DNA of 64,000 bases from Polyangiales bacterium (GCA_045106895.1 JBGCFM010000062.1:96001-160000), one strand, 5' to 3'; counted from the first letter of the stretch, positions 9,385-18,536 are shown. Notes: generated by a model not told the origin, from the letters alone. Program-made: numbers and translations.

Positions 9385-10065
9385 CTACTGCCGAAACGGC
9401 ATGAAGATGGACAGACCGAGAGTGGCCGTGACGTTGTTCACAATCTGTGACTCGCCGAGGAGCTCCTGCTGGAGAACCTGATCGCGGACATCCATTCGAA
9501 GGGCGAACCAATCGCCGAAGTAGAACTTCAACCCAAAGCCTCCGCTAAACGTGAGCCCGCGCGCAGTTTGGTTGTCCGTCACGCCGCCGCCCACAGCGAG
9601 ATAGAAGTCAAAGCGCCCAATGCTGCCGCCGAGCCAACGCACCTTTCCATAGGCCAGCGACCACAGGAGGTGACCGCCATAGACGTACACTGGATTCTCG
9701 ACCCGAAACAGGACGATGCCTCGGTCTTCTTCGATGATTCGGACAACCTCGGAGCGTGCGCGCGTGTAGGAGAAGGAGAGCTCGAGTCCAATGGCTTCAG
9801 TCGCGTGAAACGTGTACGCCCCCTGCACGAGCGCCCAACTTGAGAGCAAGTCCGCGGAGTAGATGCCGCCCATGATCGACAGCTCGTGCCGGAGCGCTTT
9901 TTGGAAGATTCGCTCGGTAACGCCGCGGTATCGACGACGTGCGTTCAGCTCGTCGCGAATCGCCTCGTCGATGCACTGGGCGCTAGCGCCGCTGAGCGCG
10001 TCATCTGCCGGCCAATAGGCCGTCGAAAACGTAAGTAGTAAGGCAAAGGCAAAGACCTGGCGCAT
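9385..10065 (-). CDS. Outer-membrane beta-barrel protein, myxobacterial GltA/GltB/GltH-like
   Basis: Signal peptide; QKALRHELS, YGKVRW, FDFYLAVGGG, GFGLKFYF, NNVTATLGLSIFMP typical of 8-stranded myxobacterial OMP barrels; start may be 10065 or 10080. Confidence 0.75.
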   Translation of the reverse strand: MRQVFAFALLLTFSTAYWPADDALSGASAQCIDEAIRDELNARRRYRGVTERIFQKALRHELSIMGGIYSADLLSSWALVQGAYTFHATEAIGLELSFSYTRARSEVVRIIEEDRGIVLFRVENPVYVYGGHLLWSLAYGKVRWLGGSIGRFDFYLAVGGGVTDNQTARGLTFSGGFGLKFYFGDWFALRMDVRDQVLQQELLGESQIVNNVTATLGLSIFMPFRQ

Positions 10066-10225
10066 CTCCGCGATTGTCACCGGGAGCGAGTCGCGGCGTC
10101 AACGAGACTTCGGCCAAAGAACAGCGTTCACTCTCCCGTTCGCGCACACGCCCCCACATCTACCCCCGATATCGAACGCTGGTCTGCCGCCTTTGAGGGA
10201 GAAGCCCGGCGCGCGCCGAACGCCC

Positions 10226-12019
10226 CTACCTGTACAGAGCGTCGATGGCGTCGGTGTAATGAGCCAAGACGTTGCGACGCTTGAGCTTCATCGAGGGAGT
10301 GAGCATTCCGTTTTCCGTGGTGAAGTCTTCGGCGGCGAGGGCGATCTTCTTCACCTTCTCGAACTGCTTGAACTCAGCACCGTACTTGTCGATCTCGTCG
10401 CGCAGGAGCGCCATCAACTTGGGGTCCTCGAGCAGTGCAGCCTCGGAGCTGGCCATCCCGCGCTCCTGAGCCCAGGGCTTGATGGCCTCGAAGTCTGGAA
10501 CCACGACGGCGATATTGAACCCTTCGTTGGCACCGTGAACCATCACGTTCGCGATGTAGCGTGAGAGCTTGAGCTTCTCCTCGAGGGGCGTCGGCACAAC
10601 GTACTTGCCGTTGAGCAGCTTGTACTGCTCCTTGATGCGTCCGGTGATGTAGAGAAAACCGTCGTCGTCGATGTATCCCATGTCGCCGCTGCGAAAGCCG
10701 CGTTCCCCATCTTCACCTTCGACGAGAACCTTGGCGTTCTCTTCGGGAAGCTCGTGATAGCCCTGCATGACGTTGTGGCCGAAGATGAGAATCTCGCCGT
10801 TGTCGGGGTCTTCCGTGACGCCCTTGTCGATCTCGATTCGGATGCCGGGGATTGGCTTGCCCACGCTCCCAATGCGGCGACCTGCGGGGCAGTTGGCCGT
10901 GGCGATGGGTGAGGTCTCTGTCAGGCCGTAGCCTTCGTAGACCATGATACCGAGGTTATCGATGAACTCGGCGACTTCACGACTCAGGGCAGCGCCGCCG
11001 CTGAAGGCGTACTTCAGGCGTCCGCCAAACCGGTCTCGGACCTTGCTGAAGACGAGCTTGTCGAAGACCCGGTGCTTGAAGTCTGTCCAGCCACTTCGGC
11101 GACGCGCCTCGGCGAGCTTCTTACGCTGCTCGGCAGTCTGAACCGCGGCCTCAAAGAGCTTGAGCTTGGCGCCGCCCTCCTCCGCCATGCGCTTGTGGAG
11201 TCCGTCATAGATACGGTTGAAGATACGCGGGACGCTGAAGAGGAGTGTAGGCTTCACCTCCGAGAGGTTCGCCACGATCTTGTCGACGGCTTCGGCGATG
11301 CCCATCGACGCGCCCATGGAGAAGAGACCGTGGAGCTCGCAGGTCTGACCAAAGCTGTGCGCCCACGGCAAGAAGCTGAGGGAGCGGTCACTGCTGCTGA
11401 TGGGAAAGAACTCGTGAATCGCTGATACGTTGGCGGCGAGGTTGGCGTGCGTGAGAATGACGCCCTTCGGCGCGCCCGTCGTGCCTGAGGTGTAGATGAA
11501 GCCCGCGACATCTTCGCCCTTCACGTCTGCCAAGTCCGCGGGTTCGCTCTTCAGCATCTCGTCGAAGGTCGTGATGCCTTCGCCCATGGCTTCCCCATCG
11601 ATGGCGACAACCATATTCAGCGCAGGGAGCTCGTCGCGCATCTCTTCGATCTGAGAGGCGATGCCGAGGTTCGCCGCGAAGAGCACCTTCGCCGAGCAGT
11701 CCTCGAGAATGTACTTCCACTCTTTGGCCTGCTGCGATTCGTACATTGGCACAAACGCTGCGCCGATCCCGTAGCAAGCGTAGGCAGCAACGGCCCACTC
11801 AGGACGGTTGTTCGAGACGATGGCCACGCGGTCGCCCTTGGAGACACCGAGCGCGTGTAGCGCGCCACGCATCGCGTCGACCTTGCGACCAAACGCTCCG
11901 TAGGTGAGCCATCGCCATGTTCCGCCGCTCTTGGTGCCAAAGAGTGGACGGTCGGCATACGCTTCGATGCTCTGCGTGTAGACCTGAACCAGCGTTTCGT
12001 ACTTCGGTTTGAACGGCAT
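10226..12019 (-). CDS. fadD: Long-chain fatty acid--CoA ligase
   Basis: AMP-binding motif YTSGTTGAPKG, YEGYGLTET, FRSGDMG, ITGRIKE, LTPSMKLKR. Confidence 0.9.
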   Translation of the reverse strand: MPFKPKYETLVQVYTQSIEAYADRPLFGTKSGGTWRWLTYGAFGRKVDAMRGALHALGVSKGDRVAIVSNNRPEWAVAAYACYGIGAAFVPMYESQQAKEWKYILEDCSAKVLFAANLGIASQIEEMRDELPALNMVVAIDGEAMGEGITTFDEMLKSEPADLADVKGEDVAGFIYTSGTTGAPKGVILTHANLAANVSAIHEFFPISSSDRSLSFLPWAHSFGQTCELHGLFSMGASMGIAEAVDKIVANLSEVKPTLLFSVPRIFNRIYDGLHKRMAEEGGAKLKLFEAAVQTAEQRKKLAEARRRSGWTDFKHRVFDKLVFSKVRDRFGGRLKYAFSGGAALSREVAEFIDNLGIMVYEGYGLTETSPIATANCPAGRRIGSVGKPIPGIRIEIDKGVTEDPDNGEILIFGHNVMQGYHELPEENAKVLVEGEDGERGFRSGDMGYIDDDGFLYITGRIKEQYKLLNGKYVVPTPLEEKLKLSRYIANVMVHGANEGFNIAVVVPDFEAIKPWAQERGMASSEAALLEDPKLMALLRDEIDKYGAEFKQFEKVKKIALAAEDFTTENGMLTPSMKLKRRNVLAHYTDAIDALYR

Positions 12020-12195
12020 CCGCGGACGCTAGCAAACAACTCCCGCGCTTTGGGTAAGTTCTGACGCAGTGCGCCATCCAGATGCCCCTGGATGAAGACG
12101 CGAAGGACGAGACTCGACCCCCACAAAAAGAGCCGTGAGCGGCACAAACAAGCTGCAAACACGCCACCCTCGCGCAGAACGGTCAAAAAACAGAG

Positions 12196-13344
12196 TCAGG
12201 CGGCCTTCGGGACACCCAGGAGCATATCCGGCAACGAAAATGTCGCGCGCCTACCGGCGAGGCCTGTCTCTACGTTTCGCGCCCAGTAGCGACGTCCATA
12301 TTCCTCAAAGCGCGCTCGGGTTCCCCGCGGCGCCAGCACCCGTGCCGCTCGAACCAGCGCACCCACGGCGGGCACAACAAATCGCTGCGGCACCTTTGGG
12401 ACGCCCAGCCCTTCCGCCAGCTCCTCTCCGAGGAGCGCGCGTGCGAACCCCTGACCCAGCGCGATGTGCTTCGTCGCCATCTCGTTGCTCATCGATAATC
12501 GAGGTGACTCAAGCAGCGCGCGTGTCAGCGCACGCGAGTCTTCGTCGGGCGGGCCCTGAGTCTCTCGGATGAACTCGCCGAGGCGGTACGACTCGAAGTT
12601 GTCCTTCGGTGCAATCGCCTCCTCGACACCCATCAGCCACCCAGACGTTCGCCAGAGGTGAACATAGTCTTCTTCTTCGGCGTCGCTGACGGGGACGCCG
12701 AACATTCGAATGCCATCGACGAAGACCGTCGAGAAGAGCAACGACGTGCCGACCATATCGTGCTGATTGATCGGCACGCCCCAGTCATCTGTGGTCCACC
12801 GCGGCGACGCCATGAGCATCTGGCGCACCTTCGCGTGCATCAAACGGACACGAAGAGTCACGCCCCATCCATCTCCGCCCGGCCGGAGACTCCGGGGCGT
12901 GCACGTCGCAACGACGAAACGTCCCGTCTCCGCCAAACGGAACTGCACCCGCTCAGACAAACCTCCGCTAAACGCCAGGGGTTTGTTTCCTGCGGGCGCG
13001 GCGTATCCACCGATGAGCGAGCGCGCACCGAGGACAATGCCGCCGGCGACCCCGCTGCGAAAGAGGAGTCGGCCCGCCGAGTCGCACCGTTCCCAGTCGA
13101 CCCACGACGGCGGCTCACTGCAGTGACGCACAAGCTCGCGCATCGCCTGCGGCATCTCCGAGGGCGACTCACCGCGCGCGGCGACATCGATCCACTTTGC
13201 CGATGCGCCCTCCACGGCGGCGTCCGCGAGCGGATCCCCTTGAAGCAACGCATCGAACATGCGCGAGGCGAGCGGACCAAACTGCGTCTGCGCGTCTTGT
13301 ATGTTCTTCGCCCGCGTGGGCCACTCTTTCGTTAGAAACGCCAC
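12196..13344 (-). CDS. Oxygenase MpaB / latex-clearing-protein (DUF2236) family heme protein
   Basis: GDPLADA, RLAETGRF, VRLMHAKVR, WGVPINQHDM, HLWR..GWLMGV family motifs. Confidence 0.85.
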   Translation of the reverse strand: MAFLTKEWPTRAKNIQDAQTQFGPLASRMFDALLQGDPLADAAVEGASAKWIDVAARGESPSEMPQAMRELVRHCSEPPSWVDWERCDSAGRLLFRSGVAGGIVLGARSLIGGYAAPAGNKPLAFSGGLSERVQFRLAETGRFVVATCTPRSLRPGGDGWGVTLRVRLMHAKVRQMLMASPRWTTDDWGVPINQHDMVGTSLLFSTVFVDGIRMFGVPVSDAEEEDYVHLWRTSGWLMGVEEAIAPKDNFESYRLGEFIRETQGPPDEDSRALTRALLESPRLSMSNEMATKHIALGQGFARALLGEELAEGLGVPKVPQRFVVPAVGALVRAARVLAPRGTRARFEEYGRRYWARNVETGLAGRRATFSLPDMLLGVPKAA

Positions 13345-13437
13345 TCCCGGAGGATAGGGGCGTCCGTAGGTCTCGCCAAGTCAGGGATTCGCAGCGGCCA
13401 CTCGCAGGCAAAGCGGCTGTTGGGCTATAGATGCGAT

Positions 13438-14004
13438 GTGAACTACTCCACCCTTCGCTTCATCCCTTTGACCGCGCTCCTTGTACTCGTCGGCTGCAGC
13501 CCGCCGTGGCTCACCCTCGTTCAATCGGGCCCGCCCTCGGCGCTCGCCGGCGCGCCTAGCTTCGAGGTCGCTTTCGACTTCTCACGTATGATCATTGATG
13601 GCCAACCCGTCGCGCAGCTGATGCAATCGGTCCCGCCGGATGAACACGCCGACCTCGATAACACCTTCGTCGAAATGCAGAGCGTGTTCCTTGAACGCTT
13701 GGCCAACCGAGCAGGCGTCCCCGTTCAGCAGGCAAGCGGACCGCCCGCGCCAGGTGTGCTTCGCCTCACCGTCGCCTTCACCATGGTTCAGCGCGGGCCA
13801 CGTGGCCCCATTGGGTTCAGCTCGACAGCGGTCACCTCCGAGGCCCTGTGGTCGCTCAACGGTCAGCCCACGGACACGGTCTCGATGACCCGAGAGAGCT
13901 CGCCATCTCTCATGCGACCCTCCGTCGCGCAGCGCATGAAACTCTGCGCGGGAGAGCTGGGTACTCTCACCGCGCGTTTCTTCCAGTCTGAGCAGAGCCG
14001 CTGA
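13438..14004 (+). CDS. Hypothetical lipoprotein
   Basis: Lipobox LVLVGC after a hydrophobic stretch; GTG start at 13438 chosen (ORF is open from 13420). Confidence 0.6.
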   Translation: MNYSTLRFIPLTALLVLVGCSPPWLTLVQSGPPSALAGAPSFEVAFDFSRMIIDGQPVAQLMQSVPPDEHADLDNTFVEMQSVFLERLANRAGVPVQQASGPPAPGVLRLTVAFTMVQRGPRGPIGFSSTAVTSEALWSLNGQPTDTVSMTRESSPSLMRPSVAQRMKLCAGELGTLTARFFQSEQSR

Positions 14005-14022
14005 TGGCCGGGACTCGCAGCT

Positions 14023-14904
14023 CTAACGGCCGATGAGCTCCACGACACCACATTCGTAGCGTGTCTCGGCCACGTAGACAGCGACCATACCGGCGCGAGC
14101 GCCAACGACAATCTCGCCTTCGCTCCGTCGGCGAACATCAGCGACGTTGCCGCTGATCATGACGCGCGTGTCAGGCGTAAAGCCCGTGCCGCGAATGTTC
14201 ACATATCCACCTGCGGGCACGCGGTTGATGACCAGTTCACAGCTAACACCTTGAGCGCTGCCGTTTGTGTCGGGAAGTTCGGTGCCGGGGACGACCGTCG
14301 TCGGTCGGTCCACGCCGGGCAGATTTGGGTCGCCCGCAGGGAGTTCACCGTTTGGAAGTTCGGCGTTTGGACGGTCTACGTCGGGGAGGTTCGGATCTGC
14401 GGGACGAATGCTCACACCCGGAATCGTGACGCCTGCGCCCGTGTTCGGCGGAATCTCGACGCCATCGACGAGCACGATTCGCTCAGGGACATCGGCGGGC
14501 TCCGTTTCACTCGGGCACGACATACGAATGTGGCCAGGCTGGCGGTACTCCGGAGGAGGGGCTTGCTCGGTTCGACGAAAGTAGCCCGGATGAAAACGGT
14601 GAGTGTTGTCTTCGACGACGCACACCGGCGGCTCCCATGCGTATCCCTCACGGCCAACGATCCAAGTGCCTTCGATCCAGACCCAGTCGTCGTCGTAGCG
14701 AAAGTGACCCGCGACCCATACGGAACGGGAATCCGTCTTGGCAGTCTGGGTCTCCGTCAGCGTCTCAAGGGGCGGACACTCGGTGGACACGCGCTGAGCA
14801 CGCGCAGGCCGCACATAGAGCGAGGCCGTCGCGCGAACGCGGAACGTGCACGCTGGAAGGAGAAACGAAGCCGCAAGGACCAGAGGAAAAGAATGGCGAA
14901 GCAT
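14023..14904 (-). CDS. Lipoprotein with YXWGXW-type repeats, Pro-rich linker and IPT/TIG-like C-terminal domain
   Basis: Lipobox LLPAC; VWVAGHF, WVWIEGTW, YAWEP, FHPGYF repeats; duplicated DPNLPxVDRP segment; VPAGGYVNIRGTGFT. Confidence 0.65.
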   Translation of the reverse strand: MLRHSFPLVLAASFLLPACTFRVRATASLYVRPARAQRVSTECPPLETLTETQTAKTDSRSVWVAGHFRYDDDWVWIEGTWIVGREGYAWEPPVCVVEDNTHRFHPGYFRRTEQAPPPEYRQPGHIRMSCPSETEPADVPERIVLVDGVEIPPNTGAGVTIPGVSIRPADPNLPDVDRPNAELPNGELPAGDPNLPGVDRPTTVVPGTELPDTNGSAQGVSCELVINRVPAGGYVNIRGTGFTPDTRVMISGNVADVRRRSEGEIVVGARAGMVAVYVAETRYECGVVELIGR

Positions 14905-15007
14905 GGGGCTGCTTAGCAGAAAGGCCCAAGGACAGAAAGCCCTGCCCCATAAGGCCGAGAGCACAAAGGTCTGCGCGGAGCAGCGCATCGGCTATGCTCC
15001 CGGGCCT

Positions 15008-15913
15008 ATGAGCGGGAAAATTCACGACGGTATCCTCTCCTTGGTCGGCGAGACCCCTTTGGTACGCCTCGGCGCAATATCGCCAGACGGGGGCGCCGAG
15101 ATTTGCGCGAAGCACGAAGCACTCAACCCGACGGGGAGCGTCAAAGACCGGGCTGCCTGGAGCATGATTCGGGCCGCGGAAGCGGATGGACGTCTCAAGC
15201 CCGGCGCCGTCATCGTGGAGGCGACGAGCGGCAACACCGGCATCAGCTTGGCGATGATCAGCGCGGTTCGGGGCTACCGGTGCATCATCGTGATGCCGGA
15301 GGACATGAGCCAAGCGAGGCGCGACATCCTCAAGAGCTACGGCGCGGAGATCGTGCTCACGCGAGGTGACGACGGCATGGCCGGCGCCGTCGACGAAGCC
15401 GCTGCGCTCGCCAAACGTTACGACGCTTTCGTCTGCGCGCAGTTCGACAACCCTGCCAACCCGCAAGTCCACGAGGAGAGTACCGCGGCAGAAATTTGGA
15501 GCGCGACGGACGGAAACGTGGACGTCTTCATTGCGGGCGTCGGAACCGGCGGCACGCTCACCGGTGTCGCACGCGGCTTGCGCGCGAAGAACAAAGACGT
15601 TCGCATCGTCGCTGTTGAGCCTCGCGCGAGTGCCGTCCTAAGCGGAGGGCGGCCTGGCCTGCACGGGATTCAGGGACTTGGCGCAGGTTTCGTCCCAAGC
15701 GTCCTCGAGCGTGACCTCATCGACGATATCGTCACAGTCACCGACCTCGCAGCCGACCGCATGATGCGTCGTCTTGCGCGGGAAGAGGGGCTCCTCGTAG
15801 GACCATCCGCCGGCGCGAACGTTCACGCCGCTCACGAAGTCGCACGACGCATGGAGCCAGGCACCCGCGTGGTCACGATTCTGTGCGACGGCGGCGAGCG
15901 CTACTTCGGCTAG
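15008..15913 (+). CDS. cysK: Cysteine synthase A
   Basis: VGETPLVRL, PLP lysine motif NPTGSVKDR, EATSGNTG, GVGTGGT, HGIQGLGAGFVP, CDGGERY. Confidence 0.92.
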   Translation: MSGKIHDGILSLVGETPLVRLGAISPDGGAEICAKHEALNPTGSVKDRAAWSMIRAAEADGRLKPGAVIVEATSGNTGISLAMISAVRGYRCIIVMPEDMSQARRDILKSYGAEIVLTRGDDGMAGAVDEAAALAKRYDAFVCAQFDNPANPQVHEESTAAEIWSATDGNVDVFIAGVGTGGTLTGVARGLRAKNKDVRIVAVEPRASAVLSGGRPGLHGIQGLGAGFVPSVLERDLIDDIVTVTDLAADRMMRRLAREEGLLVGPSAGANVHAAHEVARRMEPGTRVVTILCDGGERYFG

Positions 15914-16986
15914 AAGTTCAAACAGCGCGCCTGACACGATGAAGGAATGGAGGGGATGTCGTCGCCGCTCGCTCGCAGTTGGAGACTCCACCGCCCGGAG
16001 TCCGGAACGATCTCGCATTGAACGACATCGTCCTCGTCGTTGTCCTCCATGACGCGGACCCGCGTCAGATAGCAGATTGAGCTGGCCACCGGAGTCATCG
16101 TACGTGCAAAGAGCTGGCCGAAGTTCTCGCTCACCCCAACAACCTCAAAAGGCCCCGACACCGTCGGTCGAAATGCTACTTGGGCGCCGGAGACGTTGAC
16201 CGCCCCCGTTCCCGTCATCGCCCCGCAGGTCACGGTTCCATCTTCCGCGACCGCTTGAATGAAGCTTCCAGCCGCACATGTAGAGCTGATGCGCCGCTGA
16301 ACATACGATGTGTCCACGCTCAACGACACGCCGCCGCCGCTGCCGCCGCCGCTGAGGCCCGCCTCCGCCGTGACGTCGGTCACGGGCGCTTCGCAGCTCC
16401 ACGCGTCGTCCACGAAGAGCGCCGACTCCCCGTTCGCACAGCTAAGTCCGCCAAGCGTGTCACCGAACGCCGTGGCCGCCGCAGCTACGGAATCGCCGAC
16501 GAGAGCGGTCCGGGCGCTCGCCTCGAGTTCACTCGCTTCGCCACAGAACGTCGCGAAGGCCGCGTACGCTGTCGTCCCCAAAGGCACGCGTTCGAACTCT
16601 TCGTCGTCTGCGATCCGGATCCCAAGATGAACGTCGGGGGAGTCACGAAACAGCGACAGGTCCAATGGATTCGTGGGGAGGTCGCCGAGGTACACGCTCA
16701 TGCGCCCTGCCGAAAAGGACACCATGCGGGACTCCGTCCACTCAGGCCCCTCGGCTTCGAGTTCGGCATAAAGCGAGAAAGTCACGCTTACGCTTCCATC
16801 GATGGGCTCGCCCTCGGAGTCGGCGAGAAGTCCCCGCAGAGGAAGAAGCGGCGCTGCACTCGCCACCGACGGCATCCACTGAAGAAGAGCCGCCAAGAGG
16901 GCGACACCAAGGGTGCGAGCGAGGGCGGGTTGCGCAGTACGCATGGGCGAAACTCCAAGAAGGCGTCTGGGGGATCGAAAGGTCAC
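15910..16986 (-). CDS. Secreted fibre/adhesin-like protein
   Basis: Signal peptide; N-terminal RGLLADSEGEPIDG...FSLY...W.E...GRMSVYLG domain; YAAFA; TAEAGLSGGG and VQRRISSTCAAGSFIQAVAEDGTVTC stalk motifs; Cys-containing tip; start 16986 or 16947. Confidence 0.55.
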   Translation of the reverse strand: MTFRSPRRLLGVSPMRTAQPALARTLGVALLAALLQWMPSVASAAPLLPLRGLLADSEGEPIDGSVSVTFSLYAELEAEGPEWTESRMVSFSAGRMSVYLGDLPTNPLDLSLFRDSPDVHLGIRIADDEEFERVPLGTTAYAAFATFCGEASELEASARTALVGDSVAAAATAFGDTLGGLSCANGESALFVDDAWSCEAPVTDVTAEAGLSGGGSGGGVSLSVDTSYVQRRISSTCAAGSFIQAVAEDGTVTCGAMTGTGAVNVSGAQVAFRPTVSGPFEVVGVSENFGQLFARTMTPVASSICYLTRVRVMEDNDEDDVVQCEIVPDSGRWSLQLRASGDDIPSIPSSCQARCLNF

Positions 16987-16989
16987 GGC

Positions 16990-17340
16990 TTAGAATTCCG
17001 TCTCTAGTTCAAGGCGAAGTGAGTAGTTGGCGGACTCCAGCTCCTCGGATTGGACTGGCACGCCGACAACGAGCTCCAGCTGGTAGCTTGAGCTCTCCAA
17101 GCGAGCTGTCGCGGCGACGTCTGCCACGTTGACGCATGAATCTCCCTCGCAGACAGGGGCGCACTCGTCCTCGTCGCAGCGGCCACTCGGGCACGCCGAT
17201 GGTACACACCCGGCGTCAAAACCAACATCGAAGCCGACGTCAGTCCCGGCGTCTATGCCTACGTCGCCGCCCTGAAAATCATCGCTGGGGAAGAGAAGAG
17301 AACACCCCCCGAGAAAGACGAAAAGAAACGCGAATCTCAT
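16990..17340 (-). CDS. Small lipoprotein with DxG repeats and Cys-rich segment
   Basis: MRFAFLFVFLGGC lipobox; DVGIDAGTDVGFDVGFDAG; duplicated LESSSYQL/LESANYSL tail; ATGA overlap with the upstream gene. Confidence 0.65.
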   Translation of the reverse strand: MRFAFLFVFLGGCSLLFPSDDFQGGDVGIDAGTDVGFDVGFDAGCVPSACPSGRCDEDECAPVCEGDSCVNVADVAATARLESSSYQLELVVGVPVQSEELESANYSLRLELETEF

Positions 17341-18188
17341 GGCAACTCAACTTGCACGGAAAGCCCGGCGTACGAAGGTCCAAAGGCGGGAGCGACAGCG
17401 GCTTGGCTAGACGCTCGGCGGCGCCGGAGATGCATGACAAGCATCGTGACGCCGGCCGCCGCGGCGACTACGCCGACGCCGAGGCTCACGTCCGTCACGA
17501 GCCTGTACGTTTCGAGTGCGCTCAGCTCTTCGTCGGTGCAGAGCCGGTTGCTCTTACAGTCTGACAGTCCGTTGTTCTCCGAGAGTACCAAGCCGCCGAA
17601 CACGGCGCTGACGGCGAGAGCGACGGCACCCGCGGAAAGTGTAATGATGGCAGGCAGGCGTAAGCCGCTGGGTGGCGGCGCCGCGGACTCTTCGATGGGA
17701 AGCTCGACAAGCGGCTCAGGCTCAGGCTCCGCAGATGTCGCCTGGGCTGCCTGCTCTTCGCTCAGGCGACGACGCAAGGTAATGATGCGGACATCCAGAG
17801 CGTCCAGGTCAAGAGACTGAGAGCCAGATTCGCGGGCCCAGTCAATGTAGAGCTGAAACGCCTCAATGGCGCCGCTGAGCTGAGCAAGGCGCTCGTGGCA
17901 TACGCCAATATTGTACTTCAGCTCCAAGTGCCCGCTGAGTTCGAAGGACGACTCGAACGCGTGCAGCGCTCGTTCATAGTCCGCACGCCGAAAGAACCCT
18001 TGTCCTGACAGAAAATGTGCTCGCGCTTCCTCTTCGTTCAGAGGCAACTCAACGTCTCGAGTTTGGGTCTGCGCGCCGCCGTCGCTCGGCTCAACAACGT
18101 CCTGCGCAAGCGCTACGACGGTAAAAGCGTGGACCAGGAACGCCACCGTGGATCCCCCAATGAACGTTCGTATCGAAGCGCACTTCAC
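17337..18188 (-). CDS. TPR protein with two C-terminal hydrophobic helices
   Basis: Signal-like N-terminus; TPR pair ARAHFLSG..YERALHAFESSF..YNIGVCHERL; two Gly/Ala-rich helices; C-terminal VAPAFGPSYAGLSVQVELP. Confidence 0.7.
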   Translation of the reverse strand: MKCASIRTFIGGSTVAFLVHAFTVVALAQDVVEPSDGGAQTQTRDVELPLNEEEARAHFLSGQGFFRRADYERALHAFESSFELSGHLELKYNIGVCHERLAQLSGAIEAFQLYIDWARESGSQSLDLDALDVRIITLRRRLSEEQAAQATSAEPEPEPLVELPIEESAAPPPSGLRLPAIITLSAGAVALAVSAVFGGLVLSENNGLSDCKSNRLCTDEELSALETYRLVTDVSLGVGVVAAAAGVTMLVMHLRRRRASSQAAVAPAFGPSYAGLSVQVELP

Positions 18189-18311
18189 CGGGTCGACGGT
18201 ATCAAAGAACCACCGCCCTCAGTGTAAAGTTCCGACAAGAACGGACACCCCAGTTGGGTGACGATACAGCCTGCACCGTTCTCGTCCCGCCATCGGCAAC
18301 ACGCCGTAGGA

Positions 18312-18536
18312 TCGGCGATTTTTCGTCCAGCGCGTCGCTGGCAAGGCGCGCAAGGCGACCTCGGGTCGTCGAGTCCTAGAATCACCTCGGCGATTCTTCG
18401 TCCTGCGCGTCGTGATCAAGGCGAGCAAGGTGACGGCATCTGTGGATGCCGAGCCGCAGCTCAACGCAGAGCACGGCGTGCAGGGCGGAGAAGCGCGCAG
18501 CGCAACGCAGCCAGCGGCGTGCTGGGCGGAAAAGCG
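18312..18536 (+). repeat. Nested pair of structured intergenic repeat elements (REP/MITE-like or ncRNA)
   Basis: Outer 24-nt arms 18319-18342 and 18510-18533; inner 24-nt arms 18394-18417 and 18469-18492; the copies are direct homologues with compensatory changes; apex GGCATC-TGTG-GATGCC. Confidence 0.8.

Noticed and set aside
18312..18536. tRNA, riboswitch or plain terminator reading of the hairpins
   Set aside because: No cloverleaf or T-loop, no aptamer I recognise, far longer than a terminator, and the wobble pattern favours the non-coding strand.
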